A DNA stretch of 64,000 bases from Cetorhinus maximus (Eukaryota). The notes beneath the pieces were generated by a model. That model was not told the DNA's origin, ran no database searches, and worked only from the letters and a program-made list of their open reading frames with translations. The position numbers and the translations under genes are program-made. The stretch spans positions 22,320,001 through 22,384,000 of the forward strand of contig NC_135893.1 of assembly GCF_964194155.1 (NCBI RefSeq), in the 5' to 3' direction. This document shows positions 49,325-61,512 of the stretch, piece by piece. The stretch's first letter is position 1; each line of letters starts with the position of its first letter.

Positions 49325-51330
49325 TTTTTATTTATTCAGGGGATGTGAGCTTCGCTGGCTGGGCCAGCATTTATTGTAGGTACACACACAGTGCTGTTTG
49401 GAAGGGAGTTCCAGGAATTTGACCCAGCGTCAGTGAAAGAACAGCGATATATTTCCAAGTCAGATGGTGAATGACTTGGAGGGGAACTTCCAGGTGGTGG
49501 TGTTCCCATCTATCTGCTGCCCTTGTCCTTCTAGATGGTAGAGGTCGTGGGTTTGGAAGGTGCTGTCTAAGGAGCCTTGGTGAATTCCTGCAGTGCAACT
49601 TATAGATGGTACACACTGCTGCTACTGTGCAACAGTGGTGGAAGGAGTGAATGTTTGTGGTGCCAATCAAGCGGGCTGCTTTGTCCTGGGAGTGCCAAGC
49701 CTCTTGAGTGTTGTGGGAGCCGCACACGTCCAGGGAAGCGGGGAGTATTCCATCACACTCCTGACTTGTGCCTGGTAGATGGTGGACAGGCTTTTGAGAG
49801 TCAGGAGATGAGTTACTCACTGCAGAATTCCTAGCCTTTGACCTGCTCTTGTAGCCACAGTATTTATATGGCTAGTCCAATTCAGTTTCTGGTCAGTGGT
49901 AACCCCCAGGATGTTGATAGTGGAGGATTCAGTATCTGAGGAGTTGTGAGTGGTATTGAAAATTGTGCAATCATCAGCGAACATACCCACTTCTGACCAT
50001 ATGATAGAAGGAAGGCCATTGATGAAGCAGCTGGAGATTGTTGGGCCTAGGACACTCCCCTGAGGAACTCCTGCAATGATATCCTGGAGCTGAGATGATT
50101 AACTTCCAACAACCACAACCATCTTCCTTTGCTCTAGGTATGACTCCAACCAGTGGAGAGTTTTCCCCCAATCCCTGTTGACTGCAGTTTTGCTCGGGCT
50201 CCATGATGCCACACTGGCTCAAACGTGGCCTTGATGTCAAGGGCAGTCACTCTCACCTCACCTTGGGAGTTCAGCTCTTATGTCCATGTTTGAACCAAGA
50301 CTGTAATGAGGCCAGGAGCTGAGTGCCCTTGGCGGAACCCAAACTGGGTGTTAGTGAGCAGGTTATTGCTAAGCAAACGCCACTTGAAAGCACTATTGAT
50401 GACCCCTTCCATTACTTTACTGATGACCGAGAGTATACTGATGGGGCAGTGATTGGCCGGGTTGGATTTGTCCTGCTTTTTGTGTACAGGACATCCCTGG
50501 GCAATTTTCCACATAGCCAGGTAGATGCCAGTGTTGTAGCTGTAATGGAACAGCTTGGCTAGGGGTGCAGCAAGTTCTGGAGCACAAGTCTTCAGTACTA
50601 TTGCTGGAATATTGTCAGAGCCCATAGTATTTGCACTATCAAGTGCCTTCAGCCAATTCTTGATATCACATGGAGTGAATTGAATTGGCTGAAGACTGGT
50701 ATCCGTGATGCTGGAGACCTCTGAAGGAGACCGATTTGGATCATCCATTCAGCACTTCTGGCTAAAGATTGGAGCAAATGCTTTATCCTTATCTTTTACT
50801 CTGTTGTGCTGGGCTCCCCCATCAGTGAGGATGGGGATATTTGTGGAGCCTCCTCCTCCAGTGAATTGTTTAATTGTCCACCACCATTTACGACTGGATG
50901 TAGCAGGACTGCAGAGCTTAGATCTAATCTGTTGGTTGTGGGATTGCTTAGCTCTGTCTAGCACTTGCTGCTTATGCTTTTTGGCACGCAAGTAGTCCTG
51001 TTTTGTAGCTTCATGAGGTTGACACCTCATTTTTAGTTATGCCTGATGCTGCTCCTGGCATACCCTCCTGCACTTTTTATTGAACCAGAATAGATTCCCT
51101 GGCTTGATGGTAATGGTAGAGTGGGGGATAGGCCAGGCCATGAGGTTACAGATTGTGTTTGAGTACAATTCTGCTGCTGCTGATGGCCCACAGCTCCTCA
51201 TGGATGCCCAGTCTTAAGTCGTTAGATCTGTTCGAAATCTATCTGATTTAGCATGGTGATAGTGCCACACAACATGATGGAAGGTATCCTCAATGTGAAG
51301 AAGGGACTTCAATCCTACTGATACTGTCAT
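49325..51330 (-). mobile_element. Degenerate non-LTR retrotransposon (CR1/Jockey-group) ORF2 and 3' end
   Basis: ORF 50278..50748 PAIVLKTCAPELAAPLAKLF...WKIAQGCPVHKKQDKSNPANHCPISILS...QFGFRQGHS = LINE RT N-terminal motifs; many stops/frameshifts. Confidence 0.9.
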
Positions 51331-51866
51331 GGACTGATGCATCTGTGGCAGAAATACTAATACACTCTAAAAACAACAAAACAATCAGTGAGAACACTCT
51401 AGAGTGGAAAACCTAGCAATCAGCCAGGGTATGTAGAGAGAAAAGGCAGGTTAACATCTCAGGCAGAACCCTCCATGAGAACTGAAAGAAAAACTAGCAT
51501 TATAGAATCAGTAACCAAAGACAAAATGGTCAGGGTATGACTACCAAACTTTAAGCATTTCCCCCGTAGCTATATATCTGTCATATATAGTCAATACAAC
51601 TAGGTGCATCAGTTTTCAGTTCTTGAATTACAAGAAACTTGAATCTCCAACTGTCTGTGGACAAGCCAAGGACTGCCACTTAGCAAGTTCCAGCAGTGAG
51701 CCTGCCCTGATCACATTTGCCTTAGCAGGCTCTTTGCTGGAACTTGCCAGCTGGATGGCCTGCTGGTCCACATTTGAAGAGAATTGAATTCGTTCAAACC
51801 TTTCACACTGCCATGGCCTACATGACAGCAGCCTGGTGCAAAGGAACTAACAAATAATTGATTTAA

Positions 51867-52000
51867 AAGCAAAATATTGCGGATGTTTGAAATCGGAAAT
51901 AAAAACAGAAAGTTTGGAAAAACCCAGCGTGTCTGGCAGCATCTGTGGAGAAACAGAGTTAACGCTTTAAATCCAATATGACCCTTCTTTGGGACTCAAG
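51867..52000 (-). mobile_element. Solo Penelope terminal repeat
   Basis: Terminus motif flanked by TAATTGATTTAA 51855-51866 / 52001-52012. Confidence 0.82.
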
Positions 52001-53904
52001 TAATTGATTTAACTGTCAGGACAGAAAGATCATGTCAGCAAGTTCCAGCATTGAGCCCATCTTGACCAAAACTAATGAGCTCAGATTGGGGGTACAACAC
52101 ACCTAATATTATTGGGAAGTAGTTGATCCCAATGCTTACCAGAGAATAAATTATAAATGAAATTAGAAATTCCACAAACAGAGGGGATTGAATTAGGCAG
52201 GATGTAGAAACAAGAGAGTTCTGCCATTCTATAAAGACTAGTAAATTATGGTTCAATGGGGGTGCAACACCCTTACATGTTGAGATCATTGTGAATGTCA
52301 TCACCCATTGGAAATTTGCTTATCTCTCATGTTTGCATCACTTCCACGAAAAGGCTCAGTTGTAAAAGGCTGACTGTCCATAAACTTATGTGTGTCATAT
52401 CTTAGTGTTGAATGGAGTGTTTTGATTTTTCTTGTGTAATGCTGCTGACAGAAGAGTCTGCTAGCTGCTTTGCAGTAATTAACGGCAGACAACTTTTTCT
52501 CCACTTTTGTTTAACTGCGCCTTTGCTAGAGTTCTATGGGCACTCCCTTATGTATTCTTATAATGGAGGCAGCAGAAGTAGAATGAAAAGGAAATGAGAG
52601 AGGCATGCATGATAAGGTGGCACAAAAGAGAATTCCAGCTAAGAAGTACCTTTTCATCAGAGCTTACAGATCATGTTGCTCCTTTCAAATATATCAAAAG
52701 GGATCTTCTTAAAGAGGCTGTGGTTCAGTAAGGTGGTCTTTCCATAACCCTGGGGTTGATTTTCAGATTGATGCCTAAGGCTGATGTTATGGATTGGTTG
52801 CTTGATATAAAAACCACCAGCTTGTTTTTCAAGTGTTAAAGATAAATAGGTAAAGAGATGGCCATTATACTGATGAGCACCTTTATAGTTAATGGTGACT
52901 CAACACCTCACCCTTTTCCCTTCTATTATTTGCCACTTAAAGGATCTGAATTCTCCTTTCATTTGCCTCCAACTGTAACCTCCAAGTACATTGAAACACA
53001 AAACCCAATCAACATACTTCTGAAAACTAAACTTGATACACCAAATGTTCTTACTGTGCACATTTATATTTACAAGTGCTTCCAGTTTCCTCATGCCTCT
53101 CTGTGCTATTCTTAAATCTATCCTATGACTCCTGTTAGGGAGTGTGAGTGTGTAAATGTTGAGTGAGGACTGGATCAGGATGGGGATCCTTGTGATACCC
53201 CGCACCATCTCACTCATTTGGAGTAGGACTCAAACATTTTGGTTTAAAAACATAACATCACTCCAAAAATAAACCCTACTTTGTGTGCTTAAGTGGATTT
53301 GTAATCTGTCTTGCTCTTGATAATAAATCAATCAGCACTTCACCTGTACCTGTCTGAATTTAACTCACTTATACTAAAGAAAACACTCCTATTTGGAAGC
53401 TAGAATGAAGCCAATATACCAAAATAAATGCAGGTTCTAGAATCATGCAGTACGAATATCCAAAGCTTAAAACATAATTTATTCAGTGGTGACTTAAAGT
53501 GATTGCATGAGCCCCACGGATGTTATGGGTGAATGGAACTGTGTTGCATAGTCAAACAAACCAGAAGCTGCCAAATTTGATTCCTGGTCAGTGCTGAATT
53601 AGCTTTCTCAATCATCAGGGTCTTACAATTAGTTCCAGTGTCCCAGAGAAGAACCTTGTCCATTAAAAGCATATTTTGCAAGTTGGGGAAATATAAAGTT
53701 CCCTGGTCTCAGTTACAGAGATTGCAGTTTGATTGGATAGGGCTGTTATGTTGCTGTAGAATCGGTGGAAATCTGAAGGGAGAAAATCTATAGATAGTTG
53801 TAGGACAGATAAGCATCAATTTGGTTGGTGTCAACAGATTCAAGGACAGTGGAGAGGGAAGGGTAGAGATGGGGCAGTTGTTGCAATGATAGAGGTGTTC
53901 AATG

Positions 53905-55361
53905 TGTACAGTACAGCGCCAAGTGTGTATGATGGCATAGGGAACCTGTTTACAGTGCAACAGGGAATGTGTGTGTAATGGAACAGGAAGGATATTTACA
54001 GTGCAACAGGAAGTGTGTGTGGTGGAATAGGGAGGATATTTACAGTGTGACAGGGACAATATGGTGGAATAGGGAGGATATTTACAGTGTGACAGGGACA
54101 ATATGGTGGAATAGGGAGGATATTACAGTGTGACGGGGACTATATGGTAGAATAGGGAGGATATTTACACTGTGACAGGGACAATACGGTGGATTAGGGC
54201 AAATATTTACAGTGTGACAGGGAGAATTTGGTGGAACAGGGAGGATATTTACAGTGCAACAGAGCAAATATGGTGGAATAGGGAGGATATTTACAGTGCA
54301 ATAGGGAGTGTATGGTGGCATAGGGAGGATATTTACAGTGCATCAGAGTATGTGTGTGTGGTGGAATAGGGAGGATATTTACACTACAATCGGGAGTGTA
54401 TGGTGGAATAAGGAGGATATTTACACTGCAGGAGGGTGTGTATAGTGGAATAGGGAGGATATTTACAGTGCAACAGGTTGTGTGTGGTGGAATAGGGAGG
54501 ATACTTGCAGTGCAGTGAGGAGTGTATGGTGAGATAGGGAGGATATTTACAGTGCAACAGAGAGCCTATGGTGGAATACGGAGGATATTTACAGTGCAGT
54601 AGGGAGTTTGGTGGAATAGGAAAGATATTTATAATGCAGCGGGGAGTTTGTTTGGTGGAATAGGGATTATATTTACACTGAGGCAGGGAGTATATGGTGG
54701 AATAGGGAGGATATTTTAGTGCAAAAAGGAGTGTATTGTGCAATAGGGAGGATAGTTACAGTGCGACAGGGAGAATGTGGTAGAATAGGGAGGATATTTA
54801 CAGTGCGACAGGGAGAATATGGTGGAATAGGGAGGATATTTACAGTGCGATAGAGAGAATATGGTAGAATGGGGATAGTTACAGTGCAACAGGGAGAATA
54901 TGGTAGAATAGGGAGGATATTTACAGTGTGACAGGGAGTATATGGTGGAATAGGGAGGACATTTACAGTGCAACAGGGAGAATACAGTGGAATAGGGAGG
55001 ATACTTACAGTGCAGCATGGAGTGTATGGTGAAAAAGGGAGGATATTTACAGTGCAGTAGGGAGTGTGGTGGAAGAGGGAGGATATTTACAGTGTAGCAG
55101 GGCGTGTATGGTGGAATAGGGAGGATATTTACAGTGTAGCAGGGAGTGTATGGTGACATAGGGAGGGTGTTTACAGTGCAGTCGGGAGTATATGGTGGGA
55201 TAAGGAGGATATTTACAGTGCAGTAGGGAGTGTATGGTGGAGTTGGGAGGATATTTACAGTGCAGTCGGGAGTGTATACTGGAATCGGGAGGATATTTAC
55301 AGTACAGCCGGGAGTGTATGGTGGAATAGGGAGGATATTTACAGTGCAGTAAGGAGTGTAT
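53905..55361. repeat. Minisatellite, ~42-bp unit, roughly 34-35 copies
   Basis: Consensus approx. TATGGTGGAATAGGGAGGATATTTACAGTGCAACAGGGAGTG; 14-aa periodicity in - strand ORFs (HCKYPPYSTIFSLS). Confidence 0.97.
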
Positions 55362-55364
55362 CTG

Positions 55365-55830
55365 CTGTACAGCCACTTCCGCATTGCTTTCCCCATACTT
55401 GGGCAAGCTGGAGTCTCGGCCGGTGATTGGCTGAGCGCAGGGTTGTCTGCGTGACCCGGATGATCACTCGGGCCCGAGGAAGGAACCGTCCGCGAGACAG
55501 CAGCCGCCAACCGTTACCGCCGCCATGGTGAGTACTGGCCCGGGGCGGAAACAGCCTCTCCATTCACCACAGAGAAAGCAGTTTCTTCGGCTGTCTTATA
55601 CCCGGGACATCGTTTGTACTAGAAACCGCCTCCTGGCTGTGTGAAGAAGAGCGGAAACCGGGGTGGGAGAACTGGCCGGCCCGGCCTGGTCTCCATGCCG
55701 CCGTTCTCCTCTCCTCCGGACCCCTCCCGGTAACGGTTCCTGAGCCTGGCCGCAGTTGAGAGACGCTCGTAAATGCCGTGGAACTGCCATAAACCCTCCG
55801 ACTCCTTCTCCCTCTCCACATTGCGCCTCC
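55365..55830 (+). promoter_or_regulatory. CpG island / promoter and 5' UTR of the + strand gene (putative CAPZB)
   Basis: CpG-dense; ETS site ACTTCCG 55375-55381, inverted CCAAT (ATTGG 55426-55430). Confidence 0.75.
55525..55527 (+). CDS. CAPZB: ATG-only coding part of a first exon; probably F-actin capping protein beta subunit
   Basis: Kozak-like CCGCCGCCATG directly followed by consensus donor GTGAGT (55528-55533) in a CpG island. Identity is inferred from recalled vertebrate synteny (CAPZB head-to-head with MICOS10) and CAPZB's ATG-only exon 1; exon 2 not found in the window. Confidence 0.65.
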
Positions 55831-57694
55831 CTGTAAAAGTGGAGGTAAACTTCCTGCCAAATACTGTTCCTCATTCACACCATATCTGAGTGAGGAGTAT
55901 GTGAGCTGTGACTGCCTTTGGTCTCTGGGACTGTCACAATCTCAATCTGCCAGAAGCCTAGTTTTGATTGTCTGTTCAAGTATTTTGTCGCAAGTATATG
56001 GTTTGGCAGTGTGATCTTCTAACCATTCAGTGGAAGCTCACTTAAAGGCAGTTGGGTTTCTTTCTGATGTCAGGTTATTGTGTTCTCAAAGTTTCCAATT
56101 GTGCATCTTAAAGGAAATGTGGCTCAACATAGGACAACGCTTTTCAGCATCCTTTCAGGGGAATTGTAAGCTACTAGATGGGGTTTAGGCAGTTGACACT
56201 CTACAATGGTGAAACTTGAGTAGTTAATGAAATGATTATCTAAACCCATTAGTTTACAACCTGTGGACAATCAGATTTTTGCTGCATGTTGTTCACAATA
56301 AGACGCACTGTTTTGGGGGTTTATAAGCCTGGCTAAACCAGTGGACTCTGTGATATTTGTTATTGTTGAATGAATGACATTAAAACTCTCAAACTATCAA
56401 TGTTTACACCCTTGCATATAGGATGATTGGTCAGAGAGTTAGATGTGTATATCTTCTGACCGCTTAAATGTTTGCACTTTGCTTATCTGTATATATTAAA
56501 AAGTATCTTAGCCTCCATCACCCCTCCTTCATTTCTGTCTTTGGCACATCAGAGACACTTGACTGTGCAAATGAGGAAGTTATCTGGATGACAGATCGGG
56601 TTCATGTTTCTTGGATTTAGATTTACCAATGCGTACCTTTATAATGTGGGTGGTTCTTTTTGCAGGATCTGTTTTCTGAAATGTTTGAATGGCTTGCATT
56701 GGGAAAAATCGCATTTTTGTTCACCTACTTTCATCAATTAAATTTTCAAGATGTCATTTTGCGTCTGCAATTCCTGGTCTCAAAAAGATCCTTTTGTTAA
56801 TCAAATGACTGTGGCTGCTGGTTTATAATTGCTGATGAGTCTTTTTGTCAGGAAGTGGATGAAGTCGTAGTATCCAGGGCATAGCTCAAACTAAGCTATG
56901 GCAGCGTTTTCATCTTTGCACGACTTGAATGCATGTCAGATTATTTGATAACAGACTCCCATTCCACGTCTACCGAGATATTTGCCATGCTCAAGTTCTT
57001 ATTACTTGATGGTTCTAAATTAAAGGATTGCTGCAACCTTTGAGTTCAAATAGTCCCTTGCTTTTTTTTAAAACACCTTTGTATAGGTTGATTGAAGCTT
57101 CTACTGTTCTTGTGATGCTCTTAATATTTCAGTTATTAACAGAATTTCAGTAAAATGTAATGGGTTGTGAATTTTTATAATGTTTGCAGTTGAATTACGA
57201 AAGACAGAGCAGTGAGAATACAGATTTTGTTTTCAATAAACTTGGATTGCATTGGAAGAGTTTTGTAGATTATGACACTTGGTTGAAGTACTGTTGGTTG
57301 TAAATCTCAATTTGTGGTGGGAGCAGTTTTGCATGCTGAATGGTGACTCACAGCATTGAAGTCTAGTGTTTCCTCTATTGTAAGTAAGCCTTGTGGCAAC
57401 ACCTCTTCAAGATCAGCTTATTGATCTTGTAGCATGTGAGCGATACTTCTTGGTGCTTTTTCATCACCTGATTGTTAATCTTCCTCTATCAAATGCTATG
57501 TATGGGTGAGCAGCTTGCTTTTTGGCCTTATAAAGCACTACCCTAAACCCCTTCGCCAGGTGTGTGTGTGGGGCCAGGAATTACTCTCACTCTAGTTGAC
57601 TCAACCCTTGCTGTACAGAACCAGGGATGTTGCATCTCTTGTAGACTAAAATCAGTAACTTGGAAGATGGGGGAAGAACAGATTGGAAGAGGAA

Positions 57695-58640
57695 CTTGCA
57701 TTTGAAAGTACCTTGCATGATTGGATGTCCCAAAGTGCTTTACGGCCATTGAAGAACTTTTGAAGAGCAGTAATTGTTACAATGCAGGAAATATGACAAC
57801 CAACATGCATGCAGGCCCCACAAATAGCAGTGTGATAATGACTAGATAATGTGTTACCTGTTTAAGTGATGATTTGGCCTCGGCACCAAGTGAACTCCCT
57901 GCTTTTTGAAAATGTTGCATGGGATCTTTTACATCCACGTGAGAGAGTAAATATGGGCTTATTGGAAAATTGTGTGCAATTCTGGTCGCCACATTACAAG
58001 AAGGATATGGAGGTGTTGGAGAGAGTGCAAAGGAGGTTTACCAGGATGCTGCCTGGTCTGGAGGTTATTAGCTATGAGGAGAGGTTGGAGAAACTCGGAT
58101 TGTTCTCACTAGAGCGATGGAGATTGAGGGGCGACTTGATAGAAGTTTACAAAATTATGAGTGGCATGGACAGAGTAGATAGTCAGAAGCTTTTTCTCAG
58201 GGTGGAAGAGTCAATTACTAGGGGACATAGATTTAAGGTGAGAGGAGAAAACTATAGAGGAGATGTGCGGGGCAAGTTTTTTATGCAGAGGGTGGTGAGT
58301 GTCTGGAATTTGCTGCCAGAGGAGGTGGTGGAAGCAGGTACGATAGTGGTGTTTAAGAGGCGGCTTGACAAATACATGAATAGGATGGGAATAGAGGGAT
58401 ACGGACCCCGGAAGTGCAAAATGTTTTAGTTGACGGGCAATATGATCGGCGCAGGCTTGGAGGGCTGAAGGGCCTGTACTTTTCTTTGTTCTTTGTTCTT
58501 ATGTGTTTAACATCTCATCTGAAACTGCCTGACAGTGCAGCACTGCCTCAGTATTGCACTAGAGTGTCAGCCTAGATTGTGTTGTCAAATCTTTGGAAAG
58601 GGACTTGGACCCACAGCCTTCTGACTCGGACATGAGTATT
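57695..58640 (-). mobile_element. Deu-domain SINE split by the CR1 insertion at 57960-58500
   Basis: SINE 3' half 57695-57950 and 5' half 58505-58640 are collinear with the copy at 37320-37720. Confidence 0.7.
57960..58500 (+). mobile_element. Relatively young CR1/HER1-type LINE 3' end inserted in a SINE
   Basis: Open frame CVQFWSPHYKKDMEVLERVQRRFTRMLPG...RVVSVWNLLPEEVVEAG to stop at 58429; (TTCTTTG)n tail ~58481-58500. Confidence 0.92.
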
Positions 58641-58739
58641 GTCACATGTGACTCTAGTCCTGTTTGTTTCTATGGTTTTTTTGAAAAGAATAGGATGCAT
58701 ACCCTTTTTAAGGGTACATGGTCTTCCTGCCCTCGGATT

Positions 58740-59330
58740 TCTCCTTGGTTTGTTCTCCCTAGCGCGCTCATTTTCTGTGTGGCGAGTAATATTTGTGGTT
58801 TGGATGAGAGACTGTTCCATATTTTTGTTGTGTGAGAGGTTGCAGTTCATCTTTCACCATTAAGAGGCTGCTCTGCAACTTGTGGCTTCACATCAGTCCC
58901 ACACTCGTGATATTTGACCACTTGGTGTGCAGGGCGATGGGCTAGTCAGAGGATAACCTTGTGGATTTCCTCCTGGACCTAGCCATGGTGTCTATCTACA
59001 TGTCCAGATTAGATGTGGCTCTTGCGGCGGGAGAGTGTTTGCTGTGGCTGCCCACTTCTTTCCTGCAGTCTTGTGTGCATGGGTGGACCTGGAGGAGTAT
59101 TTGGTCTTGGCTTGAGGTCTTTGTGAGCGGTGGAAATCTCGGGAATCGCAGAGTGTGGTAGATAACAGATGTATTATTTAATATTATAGGTTTCCTTTGT
59201 TTTGTCGTTTACTTCTCTATCAATTCTACCCCTCTAAAAGGGGGACACTTTTCATTCAGTTTTTTTTTGTTTCATGGCACTGGGAAAATTCGGTGTCTCC
59301 TTATCATTTTATTAATAAAAGGGGTGTGGG
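58740..59330 (+). mobile_element. Degenerate Tx1/L1-clade retrotransposon 3' end
   Basis: Remnant CGLDE..FHIF..CERLQ Cys/His motif followed by SPTLVIF...FLLDLA-like text and an AATAAA end; recognised from memory only. Confidence 0.5.
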
Positions 59331-60148
59331 GGTGTAAGTGCTACTTCCAATTCATTGTTGCTGCCACTATTGGCTGACTGTCAGGAGAAGCAGTAGGGTG
59401 CTGTAGACTTGTTCATTTTCTCTTCCACCTATTTGACTCTGTTCTGAAATGTATGTTACTTAAAGTTTGAAAGAAGAAGGAGACGGTAGAATAATATACT
59501 GTTGGTGGCTGTTTCTGAGCCTCAAAGTTCCCATTGCTTTACTTTTTCTCAATGACGGAAAATAATTTCTGATGTGCCAGTAACTTTACTGCAAAGACAC
59601 TGGAACCTCCATTATCTACACTCAAAAATTACTTGTTTTCTCAAATAATCTGCAGTGATTTTCATAACCAAAGCCTTGTGCAAGTTGTCTCACTTCACAG
59701 CTTGACAATGTAAACTTGCTATCTCATTTAAGTCAACCTCCCAGACCAAGAAAAATGACACTCATTTTGTTTTGTACTCTACTGTTCTTCAATTTTATTA
59801 TCCAGCTGGATAATGGCAATTCCATTATACTCACAGCACTTTTATCTGGGCAATTGTGACAAAGCAGACATCTTTGGATAGATGTAAGTTAAGAAATTCA
59901 ATTAACCAACTCTTACGTTGAAACTGCACCTTGATGCTGTGAGAATGCACTATTTCATCCTAGCCCTGGGGCAACAAAATGTTATGGTTATAGAACTCAG
60001 ATTTAAATTATTACTTATTACTTTTATCTTTAATTTTATTTTGCCTATGTAACGTTTTAATTCTAAATGAAACATTGAAAATTAACTACTGAAATTGGGC
60101 TCTGTAATGTCATTTTTGGCCTTATTAATGAGGCTTCCAATCATATGA

Positions 60149-60219
60149 AGGGGGGTGAGGGGTGGGGGGTGGGGGGTGGGGGGGGGGGGGTGAGGGGTGG
60201 GGGGTGGGGGGGGGGGTGG
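60149..60219. repeat. G-rich low-complexity duplicated tract
   Basis: GGGGGTGAGGGGTGGGGGGTGGGGG unit present twice. Confidence 0.85.
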
Positions 60220-60890
60220 AAATTCTGGTGGAAGCTTGCTTGTTGTCTAAATGTCAATCTCAAGTTTGAACTAATTTTTTTTGCAGCTGTAAACTTGCAC
60301 CTATTGTAACTTTGCACTTTAGTTGTATTAAAAGTCCCTGTTACATACCCTTGCCATAATTCAGAGTTAATGCTGGAAAGGTTTTAAGTGTGTAACAACA
60401 ATCATTCTTTACCACACTTGGACCTCATGGAATGTAAGATCGTGTAGTTTTTCACACGCTAAGTTCCTGGTTTTGCCTGTGTCGTTGAAGGAGGCATGAG
60501 AAAGGAATGGTAGTTTGAGGGTGAGTCAGCCTAGTTAGTTGTTATACCATACTCCAAATGTGTTTGGATTATTGTTTAATGTTTGTTCAAGACCTGAATA
60601 ATGCATTCGAACTTCTTACACCCCTTATCTCAGTTAAGAAATGTAGTTCTTTTTTCACAGAACATAATTATTTTTCTGTTATACTTCGTTTCCTGGCTTG
60701 ATCCTTAAACAGCATGTTTGCTTCGGACTGCAGACGGAATATTTGGTGTTAAAACAAATGCATTTCCTGACTTTATCTTTGGAGTAGCCAAATTTAGTCC
60801 AAAGAATTAATTATTTGCAGAACTGAGAGCATCACTAAATGGTGCTATTTTGTACTGTATTGTTCTATTGAAATTATTTTATGCATAAAA

Positions 60891-60936
60891 GGTTAATAGA
60901 CATATAATTGTGCGGTTAATAGACATATAATTGTAC
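60891..60936. repeat. 23-bp tandem duplication
   Basis: GGTTAATAGACATATAATTGTGC / GGTTAATAGACATATAATTGTAC. Confidence 0.9.
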
Positions 60937-61149
60937 ATGCTTGGGAGAAACAGGTTTGGACTAATGGTTTCCAAAGCTTTATACCACTGGAAGTTTCCTC
61001 ACCTTGTATCAGGGTCTTTTGTAGACCAATTGATAGAGATTGATTCCCATGATTAGTCATTATTGTTGTTTTATTCGACCACCAGGTTGATTAAGGACAA
61101 ACTAGATGGACCTGAGAAATCTTAGACTAGCAATTCCTATGTTCTTATT

Positions 61150-61512
61150 GTGTCCAGGGCTTGAGCACAAAAATCAAGGCTGACACACCAGGTGGAGTGC
61201 TGCATTGTCAGGGGTGCCATCTTTCAGATGGGCTGTTAAACTCCATCTGCCTGCTTTGGGTGGATGTAAAAGATCCCATGGCACCATTTCAGAGACGAGC
61301 GGGGGAGTATCTATGGTGTCCTGGCCAATATTTATCCCTCAATCAACATCATAGAAGTAAATTATCTGGTCATCATCATGATACTATTTAGGAGTTTGCT
61401 GTGCACAAACTGGCTGCTGTGTTTCCAACATTAAACAATGACTATAATTGTGAAAGTACAACATTGTCTGTAAAGCACTTTGAAATGTGAAGAGCATTGT
61501 ATAAATGCAAGT
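61150..61512 (+). mobile_element. Deu-domain SINE (SacSINE1-like)
   Basis: GGTGGATGTAAAAGATCCCATGGCAC...GGTGTCCTGGCCAATATTTATCCCTCAA...GCTGTGCACAAA core, multi-copy in window; family name from memory. Confidence 0.75.

Noticed and set aside
53905-55361. CRISPR-like look (conserved core with variable linker)
   Set aside because: Linkers are only ~15 nt and homologous to one another, no cas genes, vertebrate context: ordinary minisatellite.
53709-55510. Long - strand ORFs (up to 264 aa) with His/Cys repeats resembling zinc fingers
   Set aside because: Translation of a 42-bp (multiple of 3) tandem repeat; frames switch at unit indels and spacing is not C2H2.
56666-56800. Possible in-frame alternative exon after TTCTTTTTGCAG in the putative CAPZB intron 1
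   Set aside because: Reads to a stop after ~44 codons with no similarity to capping protein and no clear donor.
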